A stretch of DNA of 64,000 bases, taken from assembly GCA_951406725.2 (NCBI GenBank), contig OX597821.1, positions 94,116,001 to 94,180,000 of the forward strand, given 5' to 3'. Positions 1 through 14,700 of the stretch are shown one piece after another. The DNA comes from Octopus vulgaris (Eukaryota). Position numbers and translations under genes: made by a program. Position 1 is the stretch's first letter. Every line of letters starts with the position of its first letter. The notes beneath the pieces were generated by a model. The model had not been told where the DNA came from and did not search any database. It saw nothing but the letters and a program-made list of their open reading frames with translations.

Positions 1-883
1 AACTAAACTATCATAGCTGCAGCAGCAGCAGCAATAGATTCTTCTTCCTTCTTTTTCTTCCTTTCACTCCTTCAGTTTCTTCCCCTTTTCTTTTTTTTTT
101 TCTTTTTCCCTTCTCTGTATTTTTATTCTTTCCTTATTTCTTACTTTGCTGACCGAAAGGTCAAAAATCACTTTGAATTATGACATCATAGCCCGCTCAA
201 TCACTTTTGAGCAAACGACAGAAACAACTTGTTTCATTTTCTTGTTGGCATTCGTTTGACTTTTACCTAGATTTGCCTTTTCTTCGTCTATCTTCGTTTG
301 TTATCGCCTTAAAGGCAGCTGTTTTTATATATAATACTGGGCGAACCTATTAACGCCCTTTGATGTAGGGGTGTTAACCTGTTTTCTTCATGAGACGTGA
401 GAAAAAAGTTATATTCGTTTAGTTTACCTGTCTGCATTTCTCTCTGCTTGTTTTTATATACCTTTCCATCTCTATCTCTCCCCTCTTTCACTCGCTTATC
501 CATTTACGTACTATATAAACTCGTACAGAGACAGGAGTGTACGTCCGTTATGAGAGTCTGTCGAATGTCGTTGAACAGGAAGAATTGATGGAGTTTATAA
601 CAGACGAGAAATTTTTTTAAAAAAGATTATAAAACTGCATAAAAGAACAGTAAGATGAAACTGCGAGCTTTGGTGGGGCTCGTAAGCCATTCCATTCTAG
701 TCATTATAAACATTCCATTTCATAGTTATCCTTCGTTATATGTACCCCATGTTTTGTGTCGTCCGTCCTTGTTATGTCCATTCTTTGTTCAGGTTGCATG
801 CCTATAATAAAGATTAAGCAGAAATCACATAGACACGTCATGGATAGACACACAAACATACATGGTGCATTTACGCAAATATG

Positions 884-1113
884 TTTCTTTACTACCCACA
901 AGGGGCTAAACACAGAGGGGACAAACAAGGACAGACAAACGAATTAAGTCGATAACATCGACCCCAGTGCGTAACTGGTGCTTAATTTATCGACCCCGAA
1001 AGGATGAAAGGCAAAGTCGACCCTGGCGGAATTTGAACTCAGAACGTAGCGGCAGACGAAATACCGCTAAGCAATTTCGCCCAGCGTGCTAACGTTTCTG
1101 CCAGCTGACCGCC
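884..1113 (-). mobile_element. SINE family A (ggcggcgagctggcagaaacgttagc...gtcgactttgcctttcatcctttcggggtcgataaattaagtaccag)
   Basis: Recurrent sequence; other copies near 10312-10880, 34960-35180, 41949-42180, 49490-49765, 50300-50700, 53240-53682, 60520-60880 and 61032-61260. Confidence 0.85.
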
Positions 1114-1369
1114 TTACGCAAATATGTCACGTAAACTCCCCAAAACACATACCGTATATAAAAACACACACATTCATACATAGGTCACAGATACATACAT
1201 TCATTATACACATTACGTGGATATTCACAAACACATATTACATAATGACATACCCATATTCACTCACAGACATATACAGTCACACATCACTGGAACATTC
1301 TCAAACTCACATGCCACGTAGATGTATATAAACAGACATGTTGATTGTTTCATTTTGACTGCTCAGCGT

Positions 1370-1545
1370 TACACGTCCATGTGCTTTGATGTAACATTTG
1401 AGGCAGGTGGATGATTTACGATGTCAAGAGCTAATATGACAGAACCCCCTTCATCCAGCATCTTCATAAGAATAATGGGTCATGAGGTGAACGATATTTC
1501 TGTCCAAATCTTTGCTCTCTTAGTCTGGATTTTCGCGCTTTGCTG
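1370..1545 (-). mobile_element. Highly degenerate LINE reverse-transcriptase fragment
   Basis: Minus-strand frames give EQRFGQKYRSPHDPL and MLDEGGSVILALDI, resembling the RT motifs QFGFR..RS..D and LD.G....IALDI. Confidence 0.45.
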
Positions 1546-2209
1546 CACGTTGGACACAGAGCAGCCCCAAACATATATATATATATATACATATGTACGT
1601 GTGTGTATGTGCGTGTGTATATGTTCCTGTAACTTAGTGCTTCAGCAAAAAGAAACGGATAGAATAAGTACTAGGCTTACAAAGAATAAGTCCTGGGGTC
1701 GATTTGCTCGACTAAAGGCGGTGCTCCAGCATGGCCACAGTCAAATGACTGAAAAGAGTAAAAGAGTAAAAGAGTATGTCCTTGTGCTTTTTATATACAC
1801 CTTTGTTTTGTTTACATACATATATAGTTGAAATTCTACGATTATTTTAAGAATTGTAATATTGTGGGAGGTCTGTAGATATCAATGACATTCATGATTT
1901 CTTTTGAAGCTATTTTTCATTAAGCATTTGGTTTTTGAGATGGTGTGAAGTTCACATGTATAGTACTGAACGTTCAGTTTTAAAAGGGAACATCTTTGAA
2001 AACTATATTCTTCATTTTGCAGTCACCTGGGATATCTCATACTGGAGGAGATGATGGGATGATGGGGAGTTACATGTTCAGGGGCACCAAACGTTAGGAA
2101 GTGGCACATCATGCGTTTGGGATCTTTCACACACAAAAGAGAAATGTTGAAATAATAAATCAAATCGACTAAAAATAGGAAATGTGAAAATTCTTTGTAC
2201 TTGCTGTTT

Positions 2210-2455
2210 TGCTTGCTTGCTTCATGGTCCTGCTTGATAGAGCTGGGGTCATCTCAGATTAGCGGCCCCAAAGACGTCATTATGCGTAGAGCCGACCAGG
2301 TCTACCAGTGCTCTCCTCTGTTAGCGGGTCTTGTGCCAGCCCCTCTGCATCCTCCAAAGTGACGTCGAGTCCCTGGAGATCTTGTCCAATCACTTCCAGT
2401 CATCTAGTGCGGGGCCTGCCAAGAGGCCGCTTCCATCCCGCAGCTGCAACATCGA
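2210..2455 (-). mobile_element. RTE-clade LINE 3' fragment
   Basis: Minus-strand peptide AAGWKRPLGRPRTRWLEVIGQDL...LAQD, a typical RTE C-terminus. Confidence 0.65.
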
Positions 2456-3523
2456 ATGAGAGTAAATTCTTGGTGTGGAGTCAAATATTTGGCAATGCGA
2501 TTGTTAATATTTTTCTGTTGCGAAAACTGTGAAAAACAATTGATAAAGAAATCCTTCACGGCTGTCGTGTAAGCTGGTGAGTCTAGTTAAGCATAACATT
2601 TATTGAGTTGGGCCTTAATGTTGCTATGTTGTTTGAAAAGTCACATAAAAATGCCGAACGTCGCAACAAAGAAGGAACGTAGGATGTGGTCGAGTGGGAA
2701 GGTAAATTATTTATGTGGGGAGCAGCATCGTCTTAAGGTAAGGACACACCGGGCAGTTGCTCAGGAGGCCTACGGGTCTAAGGGCTCAGTTCGGATCTAT
2801 GTATAATATCCCTTACTATCAATAAATACGTTAGGGTCCAGTATATTGCTATTAAGACGGCCTCGTTCGAGAATGTTTACTTAAGTACAGCTGTTTAAAA
2901 TATTTACTTCTAATTTAGCGGTTACACGGAAAATATTTCTAAAAATTCAAGTCGTATTACTTGTAATGCATAAAAGGAGCTCTAAATTTGCCCCAAATGT
3001 TGTGATTTCCAACCCTTTAATTACCTTTGTTGCAAGATTTTGTATCAAGGCAGTAACGGAAGTGGTAAATTAAAGTTTATAAAGATATATTCCACCTCTG
3101 TATTAAACTATATCTATATCTTTTACTTGTTTCAGTCATGAGACTGCGGCCATGCTGGGACAATTCTTTGAAGAATTTTTAATCGAATGGATCCACCCCA
3201 GTACTTTGTTTCTAAAGACTAGTACTTATTCTATCGGTCTCTTTTGCTGAACCGCTAAGTTACGAAGCTGTAAACGCACCATCACCGGATGTCAAGCGGT
3301 GGTGGAGGATAAACACCACAAACACACACACTCACACAATGGGCTTCTTTAAGTTTCCGTGTACCAAATCCACCCACAAGGCTTTGGTCGCTCCCCCTCC
3401 CCAGGCTATAGTAGAAGACGCTTGTCCAAGGTGCCACGCAGTATGAGAAAATCAGGAACCATGTGGTTGGGAAGCAAGCTTCTTACCACACAGTCACGTC
3501 TGCTGTTTAATAACTAAACAACT

Positions 3524-3909
3524 AGTGGAGGCACAATGGCCCAGTGGTTAGGGCAGCGGACTCGCGGTCGGAGGATCGCGGTTTCGATTCCCAGACCGGG
3601 CATTGTGAGTGTTTATTGAGCGAAAACACCTAGAGCTCCACGAGGCTCCGGCAGGGGGTGGTGGTGGACCCTGCTGTACTCTTTCACCACAACTTTCTCT
3701 CGCTCTTTCTTCCTGTTTCTCTTGTACCTGTATTTCAAAGGGCCAGCCTTGTCACATTCTGTGTGTCACGCTGAATCTCCTCGAGAACTACGTTAAGGGT
3801 ACACGTGTCTGTGGAGTGCTCAGCCACTTGCACGTTAATATCACGAGCAAGCTGTTCTGTTGGTCGTATCAGCTGGGACCCTCATCGTCGCAACCGACGG
3901 AGTGCTCCT
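3524..3909 (+). mobile_element. tRNA-derived SINE family B (ggaggcgcaatggcccagtggttagggcagcggactcgcgg...), 14-bp TSD
   Basis: Pol III A-box/B-box-like head; flanked by ATAACTAAACAACT at 3510-3523 and 3910-3923. Confidence 0.9.
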
Positions 3910-4104
3910 ATAACTAAACAACTGTTTTATGATGTTATGTCAATGTGTTTCGATAAGACATCTTTTTTAACGGATGCATCTGTCATTGCCCTTATACATG
4001 TAAAGAGTTGGGGGGGGGCAATGTAAATAGTATTCTCATTTTGTTTGAATGCCGACAAGCTGGTCGGTGTCATCTGTCCCAGTTTCCTTTCCTTGTATAC
4101 TCTC

Positions 4105-4592
<488 letters not shown>

Positions 4593-5019
4593 TCAACATC
4601 AAATTTATAAGCCGTACGTTGCCCCTTTAATCCCTTCGTTATCTTGACTCACCCCTTAGACGAATATTCTTAATATTCAAATTCATATCGGTTTCTTGAT
4701 GCTTGAGTATTGTTTTATTCATGTGACCCGTCATTTCCACTTCTTTGATGCTACGGTGTAGAACCTGGAACGGGATCCTTTTAGCAACGCCGTCATCATT
4801 AGTAATGTCATCCTCTTCATTGACTCAACTTCTTGACTGCTTAATTTGCAGGAGACAAAACAGAAGCGTTCATTAAATTGTCACGTGAAGTTTAAATTAT
4901 GTGTTATCCAGCTGTGACATACTAGATAATTCGTTGTCAAAAGTTTATACTTTATGTATCTGCCATACATATCAACACCTTTTGATGAACCGAGAAAATA
5001 AGTAAATCAAATAAAATAT

Positions 5020-5433
5020 ACTAGCACTATGACCCGGCGTTGCCGGGTCATAGTGCTAGTGCATGCATATACAGCTGCGTGCGTGCGCACATACACGCGA
5101 GTACTGTCCAAATCTCCGACCAATCACTTACAGCTAGCTGGCATTCAATTGGCGTATCAAGTTTCGAGCATTTTGATTGGGTTTTGGATAGAAAATTCAC
5201 AAAAAAGTCACTTCTATTGATTTTTTGTAAATCAATAGAAAAAATCAATAGAGAAAATGTATTGATTTTTTGTAAATCAATAGAAAAAATCAATAGAGAA
5301 AATGTAAAGATGTGCACGACCACTCTTGGACGGTTTTAAATGACCATAGAAAGTGCGAACCCTCTAACTGAAAAATTGTGGATTTGTATAAAGGACACAC
5401 ACACAGACATTTTGCCGTTTATATATAGAGAGA
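5020..5433 (+). mobile_element. Non-autonomous Helitron/Helentron-like element with 5' palindrome
   Basis: Starts actagc...gacccggc with a perfect 19-bp hairpin (5020-5038/5042-5060); internal 45-bp tandem duplication; ends (CA)n...tttatatatagag. Confidence 0.5.
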
Positions 5434-7163
5434 TTATACAAAACCACTACGTTATGGTAAATGCTGTTTAACTATTATTATGCCATGCATCTTCTGGTCA
5501 GCTGACTCTTAGGGATCTTTTCAATTTGACGGCCAGATTTTTTAATTTTTTTTTCAACTAAACACTTTGAAACTTCGGATACTGGTAGAATGCGTCACAT
5601 AGAACAGGGTTTACTCTTAACGTTTTTGACAAAATTTTGTATATTAGAAGTTATTTCGTGTTAAAGTTGTCGTATTTGGGTAATTTTAACGAATCAACGA
5701 CGTGTATTCAGCTGAAGAAAATTACTGCTGCTGTTTGCGAGCAACAAATTCTGGGTCCACTCCCCTGACAAAACCCTTTGTTAATAACCAGAGGTGTTTT
5801 TATAACAACATAGGTTTATTTATCAGGGTTGATTTGAGGCTAAATAACAAAATTATTACTGAGACAGACCAACCACGGAGCCTGTATGTGGTTGCTTGAC
5901 CTGCTAGAAAAAGTCAACTGGAGCAACGTGAAATCAAGTATCATGCTCAAGAACACAACACAGCCCGGTCCAGGATTCAAACTGAGTACCTCATGTTTGT
6001 AAGTCCGACGCTTTAACCACTGAAAGAGCAATAGATAAAAGGGGATTTTAAGGAAATTTTATAGAAACAGCAGATAAAATTCCCTTAAAACCCATGCTGC
6101 TATAAAACAGAAGAGTACATTATATGATAGCCTAGATACATTTGTGAATAAAGAAACGTCGAGTGATTTTATGAAAAAAAAGAAACATTCTTAGTAATTA
6201 TAGTTACATATATGCAATAGTTTATTTCTGCATTTTCCACCTGTTGTGTGTTGAGTATAGGATTCTCCCGTTTAATTGGAGGGGTTATTATAATAATGCT
6301 ATAAAAACAATATATCAAAATAATATAAAACAGCTGTTTATATAAACAGCAGTTGCGATTAATATATTACTCTGGGATACATAAATACGTTTATAGAAAC
6401 GAGTTATACAAATGTTCATGAATTTATATTCATAGGCGTAGGAGTGGCTGTGTGGTAAGTAGCTTGCTTACGAACCACTTCGTTCCGGGTTCAGTCCCAC
6501 TGCGTGGCACCTTGGGTAAGTGTCTTCTACTATAGCCTCGGGCCGACCAAAGCCTTGTGAGTGGATTTGGTAGACGGAAACTGAAAGAAGCCCGTCATAT
6601 ATATGTATAGATATGTATGTGCGTGTTTGTGTGTCTAGGTTTGTCTCCCCAGCATCGCTTGACAACCGATTCTAGTGTGTTTACGTAACTTAGCGGTTCG
6701 GCAAAAAAGATACCGATAAAATAAGTACTAGGCTTACAAAGAATAAGTCCTGGGGTCGATTTGATTGACTAAAGGCGGTGCACCAGCATGGCCACAGTCA
6801 CATGACTGAAACAAGTAAAAGAGTAAAGAGTAAAAGAGTATTAGGGGATTTATTTGTAGGAAATACAGAGTTTGTGAATTACAGTTACTCTTAGAATAGG
6901 ACGAACAAAAAATGAGTTAAAATACTTTAACTAAGACTGGCAAGCTTGAGATTTATCAGCTAAGCACGCATCTCGTATTAACTAACTGAAAGAACCCTTT
7001 TGTTTGAAGTAATATTTCTTTTGTTATAATTGACAAAGACTATCTAATTTAAAGCTGTAATGGACCGTCACTGTAATCTGCAATAGATTGAAACAATAAA
7101 CGGCGATAGTTTGTTACAACAGTTTAAGCTACAATGAATTGTAAAGTTAAGCTGCAATGAACT

Positions 7164-8265
7164 TGTAGCGGACACTTGAGGGAAATTCCTCTCCCCTCTA
7201 TTATATATACATACATACGAACGTAGAAGAGAACAGCTAGCCTTTGGCCGCATTTTGGGCCCTGTTGTGTCCACTTATCTGGTTGGTATTGGCGCGATTT
7301 GTCTCTTGCTCTATCGCGCACCAATATTCAACCCAACCAATCGCAGCCTTCAAATATGGTCACGTGAGACATTCTGTTCTCAACCCTAGTTTGAGCCGAC
7401 TGCTCCCTATAAAACTCCAGCTCCGCATCGTCTCGATGTCTTTGGTCTCAGACTTTTTAAGGTCTAGCCACTAACCACACAAGACATAGCCAGTTCCAGC
7501 GACAACGCGAGACGCCCAGGTTCAACACAACACTGTTTGTGAATTATTTCACTCTGGATCAACAGCAAATATACAACCTGTGAAGCCAGACGACAACACT
7601 CATCTAACATAATTACGGCAATCTCTTTCTTCGTCGCCACCATCATCTGCTTAACGTTGTCAACATCATCTGTCTACGTACACAGCAACCACCAAACATA
7701 CACTGTTCGTGAATTACTTCACCATGGTTAACAGCAAATATACAATTTGCGAAAACTCTTGCACCAAGTGACCCAGGCAGCAGCATCATAGCCACAACTT
7801 CACGTACGACATATACCTCAACCGGCACTGCATCGCAGCCACAACTTCACGTACGACATGTATCTCAACCAGCTCTGCATCATCGCCGCAACTTCTTGAT
7901 ACAGCATTTCAACTATCGTGTACAATTGACTACGAACTGGTATTTCTTATTCTTGTGTCTATGAACATTCTTCTAACTTCACATTATAGACTCATTCAAT
8001 GTTCTGCACTTAACGCAGATGCATACATCCATGTCTATACACACACTTTGTTCTCATGACGGCCTGTCTATAATTCTGTATACACGACGCACACACAGTC
8101 ACACATGTTAACATATCAATAAAGCTTCTCTTAAACATTCTACCCGGTTGTGTCTCTCTTTTCCCTCTGGCTCATATACGCATTTATTCTTTTTATATTT
8201 ATTGTATCGACCGTGTGATGTACTAAGGAGCCATTCTCGTCACCTCGCTTCGCACGGTCGTTACA
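7164..8265 (+). mobile_element. Solo LTR (Gypsy-like)
   Basis: TG...CA termini (tgtagcggac/gtcgttaca), 4-bp TSD AACT at 7160-7163 and 8266-8269, AATAAA near 8118, internal imperfect tandem repeats at 7480-7900. Confidence 0.75.
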
Positions 8266-8899
8266 AACTGTAACGGTAAGCCCCTGGAGGGCAAATAAAG
8301 AAAATCGAACTGTAACGGTTAGCCGCAATGGTTTGTAACTGCAAATTGTTCAACTGTTCATATTTTGACTATTCAAACAATTTGTTGAAACGACGTAACT
8401 TGTGCAAAGAAGCAGGCGATAGTATCGTGGACAATGATCTACACAGATGAAGAAAGTTGTACACAACCTTTCTAAAGAGATGATTCTTTATTACTATAAT
8501 TGTATATTATACACAGATAGGACAATACAGGACATTACAAACAAATAGTGCCTTTATGAGTTCTTTTTAAAGTGTTTTTTTTTTTTAATATGATGTTTTT
8601 TAAAATATGATGTACTTTTACACTAGTATCCATTCACGCTTGACAAAGCCCTGGCTACCAGACTTCATTAGTCAAATAAAGATATTCTTTAAAAAATGTC
8701 TCGCTAATTAATACTGGATTGTATTGGCTTAATTTTTTTGGAAATGGTTGATAGAGGCGGATTAGTGTAAAAACCGCTCAAACTTGATTGGGTTTTTCCC
8801 AACTGTTTATCAGGTACCGACAGTTACAAAGAATAAGATAACATGTCTACAATATAGACTATATAGACCACAAGTTTGTGATGCACGCTATCAACATGG

Positions 8900-9620
8900 A
8901 TAGGAGGCCGGTCACTGGAAACTGAATATGTCGTTCCCGGTGCAGAGAGCATACCATGACAAGAATACAGCAGAGAAACGATGTGAGCAAGAGGGACATC
9001 TTTGATAATTTCAGGCTCATAACAACTCTGTTATATGTAGATTTAAAGATTTTGTCCAAAATGCTAGCAAAGAGGTTGACACTTCTTGATGTTTTCAGAG
9101 CAGCTGATCTCAGCAGAGCTATCCAGAATAACCTCTACCTTATGCATTATGCTGTAGACTTATAAACTCATAGAAGATCGTCCTTGCTTCGAGATCCAAA
9201 AACAAAATTGGCATACGTTTCGTTCGGTGGGTCCATCGTATGGTGGTTACAGTTGTGGTTGTAGGCTTGGTTACTGTTCAATAGCATAGATAGATGTAAA
9301 GGCATTGGGGCGAACCAACCCGGGAAATGCTTTTGTGATGGCGGCATTTGGGGTTTGCTTTATAAGCATGTATAAATCTGGTTTCAGTATGACTGATACA
9401 TTTATGATCACTCTCACATATTCGATAGTGTCGACCATTGCTACTTATCGGCTATCCTTTGTGCAATCAGTTTTGATCGCATTTTTCGAATCGGAATCTC
9501 TTCCTTGTACAGCAGTATTTGCGTAGTGGTCAGACTAAGTGACTATTTCTGGGAACCGTGCTCAGTTCATCAAAGGTATGTGCCTTCTCTCCACTCCCTT
9601 ATACGTTTTAGTTCTTCCAC
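8900..9620 (+). mobile_element. Degenerate L1/Tx1-like LINE RT remnant
   Basis: DNFRLITTLLYVDLKILSKMLAKRL resembles the RT motif NWRPITLLNxDYKILSKxLAxRL. Confidence 0.65.
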
Positions 9621-11333
9621 TGCTTCGGAAGTTAGATATATTGAGAGTAATTCTGAATCAATTAAGACATAGAAGGATTTATGTCCGTCGTTAGGGAGTT
9701 GCACTGGAAGGCACTGGAAGGCACTGTTCCCTCACCATTCAATGGTGCACCCTCAGATTTACAGTGATACACATATTTCGAAACTCCTTTTTAGCATTAT
9801 TACAAATTAGTGCCCAACCAGAATATTCTGAAGTATCCCTAGGCACCAAAATCTAACGACACGCTTGGAAGGACAGTGTTGACTGATGCGGTTGAAGTCA
9901 CTGCCATACTGTCGAATAGCTCGGAAATCAAGGTGGTTATCACCGTATTGAAGGAATACGAAGTGTTATCATGATACATGGCCGGTTTCTGGATTAAAAC
10001 ATGGAGAAGAAAGTTCAAGCCATCAAGTATCTGCCTATGGGCCGACTGTATAGCCAAAGTGTTCGGGTTAGTTCGGTCCGAACATCCAGGTTTTTAGAAC
10101 CTGGGGCAAGGTTAAGAGCAGAGTAGTTAGTCTTACTGAAAAATAAGTTGACAGGAATCTATACATGAAAGGTCGGTTGGAGGTGGCGCCCGACTATCAC
10201 CTTATTCTCGTACCTAACATTCCTCCACATCTAAATTGTTATTGCTATTTATTTACCGTGACTTTATTTTTATTGCTTATCTCATCGGTTTACGCGATGT
10301 ATAAGCCACCAGGCGGCGAGCTGGCAGAAACGTTAGCACGCTGGGCGAAATGCTTATCAGTATTTCGTCTGCCGCTACGTTCTGAGTTCAAATTCCGCCG
10401 AGGTCGACTTTGCCTTTCATCCTTTCGGGGTCGATTAAATAAGTACCAGTTACGCACTGGAGTCGATATAATCGACTTAATCTGTTTGTCTGTCCTTGTT
10501 TGTCCTCTCTGTGTTTAGCCCCTTCTGGGTAGTAAAGAAATAAGTATTTCGTCTGCCGCTACGTTCTGAGTTCAAATTCCGCCGAGGTCGACTTTGTCTT
10601 TCAACCTTTCGGGATCGATAAATTAGGTACCAGTTACGGACTGGGATCGATGTAATCGAGTTAATCCGTTTGTCTGTCCTTGTTTGTCCTCTCTGTGTTT
10701 AGCCCCTTGTGGGTAGTAAAGAAATAAGTATTTCGTCTGTGTTCAAATTCCGCCGATCGACTTTGCTTTTCATCCTTTAGGGGGTCGAAAAATTAACTAC
10801 CAGTTACGTACTGGGGTCGATCTAATTGACTGCCCCCCACCCACTAATTTCGGTCATTGTGCCTATAGTAGAAAGGATGTACACGCCACAATTTTTTATA
10901 TTTTCCCCAAAGTGTTGGGTCCTTGTAGTAAATAATAAATTTTTTTTAATTATCATTAACATTAGATTTGCAGAACTGGTAAATATCAAACAGAGTTCTT
11001 AACATTATTTGTTGAGTGCCGTTGACGTGGTCTTAGGATAGCTTGTGTCACAATCTCGGAAATATTGCTAGCAAAATATCTATCAAAAACATAAATTTCT
11101 TGTTGTTGTTGTTGAACCAACCAGAATACGAAGACGTTGCGAATGCGAGGGGGTCAGTCATCTTAACCGAATAAAGACGAGTCAACAACGGAGCCTCTAT
11201 GTGGTCACGCGAATTAGTAGAAATAGCAGACAAGTCTTCCTCAAATCACAACCTACCAAACTGGGTAAAGTAATCCCAGATACGCAATGTACGAAAGAAG
11301 GACTGGATAGGCATAGCTTAATCTACAACAATC

Positions 11334-11722
11334 GTGGAGGCGCAATGGCCCAGTGGTTAGGGCAGCGGACTCGCGGTCATAGGATCGCGGTTTCGATTCC
11401 CAGACCGGGCGTTGTGAGTGTTTATTGAGCAAAAACACCTAAAGCTCCACGAGGCTCCGGCAGGGGATGGTGGTGATCCCTGCTGTACTCTTTCACCACA
11501 ACTTTCTCTCACTCTTACTTCCTGTTTCTGTTGTACCTGTATTTCAAAGGGCCGGCCTTGTCACTCTCTGTGTCACGCTGAATATCCCCGAGAACTACGT
11601 TAAGGGTGCACGTGTCTGTGGAGTGCTCAGCCACTTACACGTTAATTTCACGAGCAGGCTGTTCCATTGATCGGATCAACCGGAACCCTCATCGTCGTAA
11701 CCGACGGAGTGCTTCCATCCCA
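11334..11722 (+). mobile_element. SINE family B copy
   Basis: Near-identical to the copies at 3524, 18165 and 33395; flanked by acaacaatc. Confidence 0.9.
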
Positions 11723-14700
11723 CAACAACAACAACAATCAAGGAAATACAATTTACTGCTTTCCCTAATCTCAACAAAGTGAATCTATTACAAATGTCAA
11801 CCATTAACAACAGCCGATTTTTCAAGGGAGGCTACTCTAATAGTACTCACCGGAAGTCTCTGACCTATTTGATTACGTGGATGCAATCAATTTATTAAAG
11901 CACGCAACTGCTGGTTTCTCTCTCTGGGGTACGTTGTTTTCTTCGCTTATTTCTGTCCTCTATCTTAACTGTCAAATTTATATCTCTTAAGAAACTGTAT
12001 TTACATTCTGTAGATGTTTGTATCAACATCTTCCTCATTGTTCAATAATTCTGCATTGAAAGTCAGTGTAATCTGAAAGTAGAGTCAATTAATTAGTATA
12101 GATAACTAGTAGCCGAACTAGTTTATTTCTCTCAGATTATTTTTTGTTCTTCTCTGTCTCCATTTTTATGTCTGTTTCTGTCTCCCTGTGTTCATCATTT
12201 CTTCCGATCTCTCTCTGTCTGTCTGTCTCTCTCGCTCTTTGTCTTATGTTCTTTAATTGTTTGATACAGAATCATAAAAGTACTCGACATCCTTTGTGTC
12301 AAGTGGGTTAGTATCCAATACATGTTTATGTATAACACGGATACAGATATACATACATATATATATATGTATATATATACATTTATATAAGTTGCGGATC
12401 AGTGCCAATTTTGGTTAGAGAATGATATACATATATAAAATTTTATATATAGAGAGTTATGTACTTTATGTATGTATGTGTCATATGGTCGATCGAGTGA
12501 TTAAACCCAATATTTTCCGTTAGTTTTCTCAAAATTAAGAGAAACTAAAATTAGTATGAGCTGTTAAAATTCTGTTAGGGTAAAAAGGCAAAAAAAAAAA
12601 AAAATCTTTTAATACTTTTTTTTTTGTCGGGTTCCGTAACGATGAAAGAAAGTTGATACTGCCGGATTCAACTCGGTGCTGTGAAATAGAAATATATTCC
12701 AGATGGTTGTTATTTTAAAGCATCGAGCCAACTATAAAATTTTAGAAGCAAAAAATTAAATAAATATGTAAATGAGTGGAAAGTGAACCGGTGAGTGTGT
12801 TAATTAATAAGGCATTAAAACAGAATGACTCTTCCCAGACACAACCAACTATAAAAAGTTTTCTAGTAACCAAAAATTGGCATCTTGTATCGGACTGATC
12901 TACTTCCACCGGTTACAAATTTTATGATTCGTTTCCCAAAATAAGGTGCTAATAGTTAGTTTATTTTTAAGTTTTAGTTTGTCTATTATGATGCAGCACC
13001 TTATAAATGGATAGTTTCTTGGTTAAGCAAGGTAAAAATTATCGAACAGTTTGACGTGTCATTAGAATAAGTTGCCGTTAGAAAATTTAAAGTAAATTTA
13101 AAGAACAGATGTATCAGTTAATCTAAGGTAATACTATTAGGAATATCGTATTTATACTAGGATTATATAATATGACTGTCAAATGGATTGTTGACTTAGA
13201 TTAAAACTATGAAACCGTTATGTATGTCCATCGTTCGTGAAACCATTGTATCAGTTAACTCTTTAGCGACCGTATTTCTTATGATATACACTATTTATGT
13301 ATCTTAGTTAATTTGAGAACAACCAACATTTTGGAGAGGTTTAGCAAAGTAAATAACTTTTCGTATGTTGTCTGCTTTTGAAACTTAGTGAAAACTTTGG
13401 ACTTGCATAAATTCATTTTGTTACTGATATTTGAAACTCTAACATAAAACAGATGGTGAAAAGTTTTGTTTAAATATTAACACTCCAAAATAAAGATTTT
13501 GTAATGTACAATCACCGGTCTATTAATATTAAATGGCTTAAACGTTGGATGACATAAATAAGTAGACATGCTATTGTTAACTGTAGAACCATTAGATAGG
13601 GTGTTAAACTATACACACATGTACATACGCATATATATATATAATATTTGATATTGATAATAATTGCTTAATTCAAAGTTTTGTCATTGAAACTGGCTTC
13701 TTAAAATTGCTTTCAGTAGCAAGTTTTAACGACAAAGAAATACCCCATATCAATATTAAGTATCATTTCGATTCTATAGATAGTATTCGAGTCTCATTCA
13801 CTGCATGTTTAGTAGGGTGGAGTGTTTTTTCACCAAATTTCAATTTCATGATGTGGGTAGTGTGGAAAAGTTGTGAATAGGCATAAAAATAACTGCTGTA
13901 AAATCTTAGAACACTGCGACAATATATTGTCTTAACAAATGAATAAAAAAATCGAAAAAAGTGGGAAGAAAAAACGCCTCTACTTATTTATTAGCTATAA
14001 AATAAAGTTTTCATTGCATCTTCTTTTGGGTAGCTTTTAAATAACTGTGTTGAAATTACTCTAAAATGTGACATAGACATGTTTTTTCTGTGACTTCATC
14101 TTCTGCCTCCACAAGGAGGGATGGAAGTGTACTGTAATTTACATCTACATAAAAAATTTTCTGAATTCCATAAATTATAATATTTACTATATTTTTGCAT
14201 ATTTTGAGGCATTTGTTGCTTCGACTGACACTAAAGTCCTATCACTGTTAATTGGGTTCTAAAGGACCCATTTTTTCACTATGAGGAAAGTAGTGATAAG
14301 AAGTGGAATTTAAACTCAGGATACAAAGAGCTGAAGCAAAATTTGCAAGGCCATTTTTGTCTGTTCCACTGCCAGTCCACCATCTTGGCCTGTTATTTTA
14401 TTTAAAGGATGAAATGCAAAATTGACCTCTGCAGGATCTGAACTCTAAGTGTAGATAACTGAAATAAATACTACACAGCATTCTATCCAACACTCAACTC
14501 AGCCACTTTGCTACTTTAAGCTGTTAAACTATAATAAACTTACTTAATCCTGAACTGTATTTGATGGCATAAGACACCAGAGCATAGATACACTTCAAAT
14601 TCAGAAGTGCATATTTAGTATATGTAGTATAGGCCCAGTGAAGGCTCAGTGGTTAGAGTGTCAGACTCACAATCATGATTCTTGGACCAGGTTGTATGTT

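Noticed and set aside
11334-11410. tRNA-like sequence
   Set aside because: Head of a multi-copy SINE with TSDs; no intact cloverleaf.
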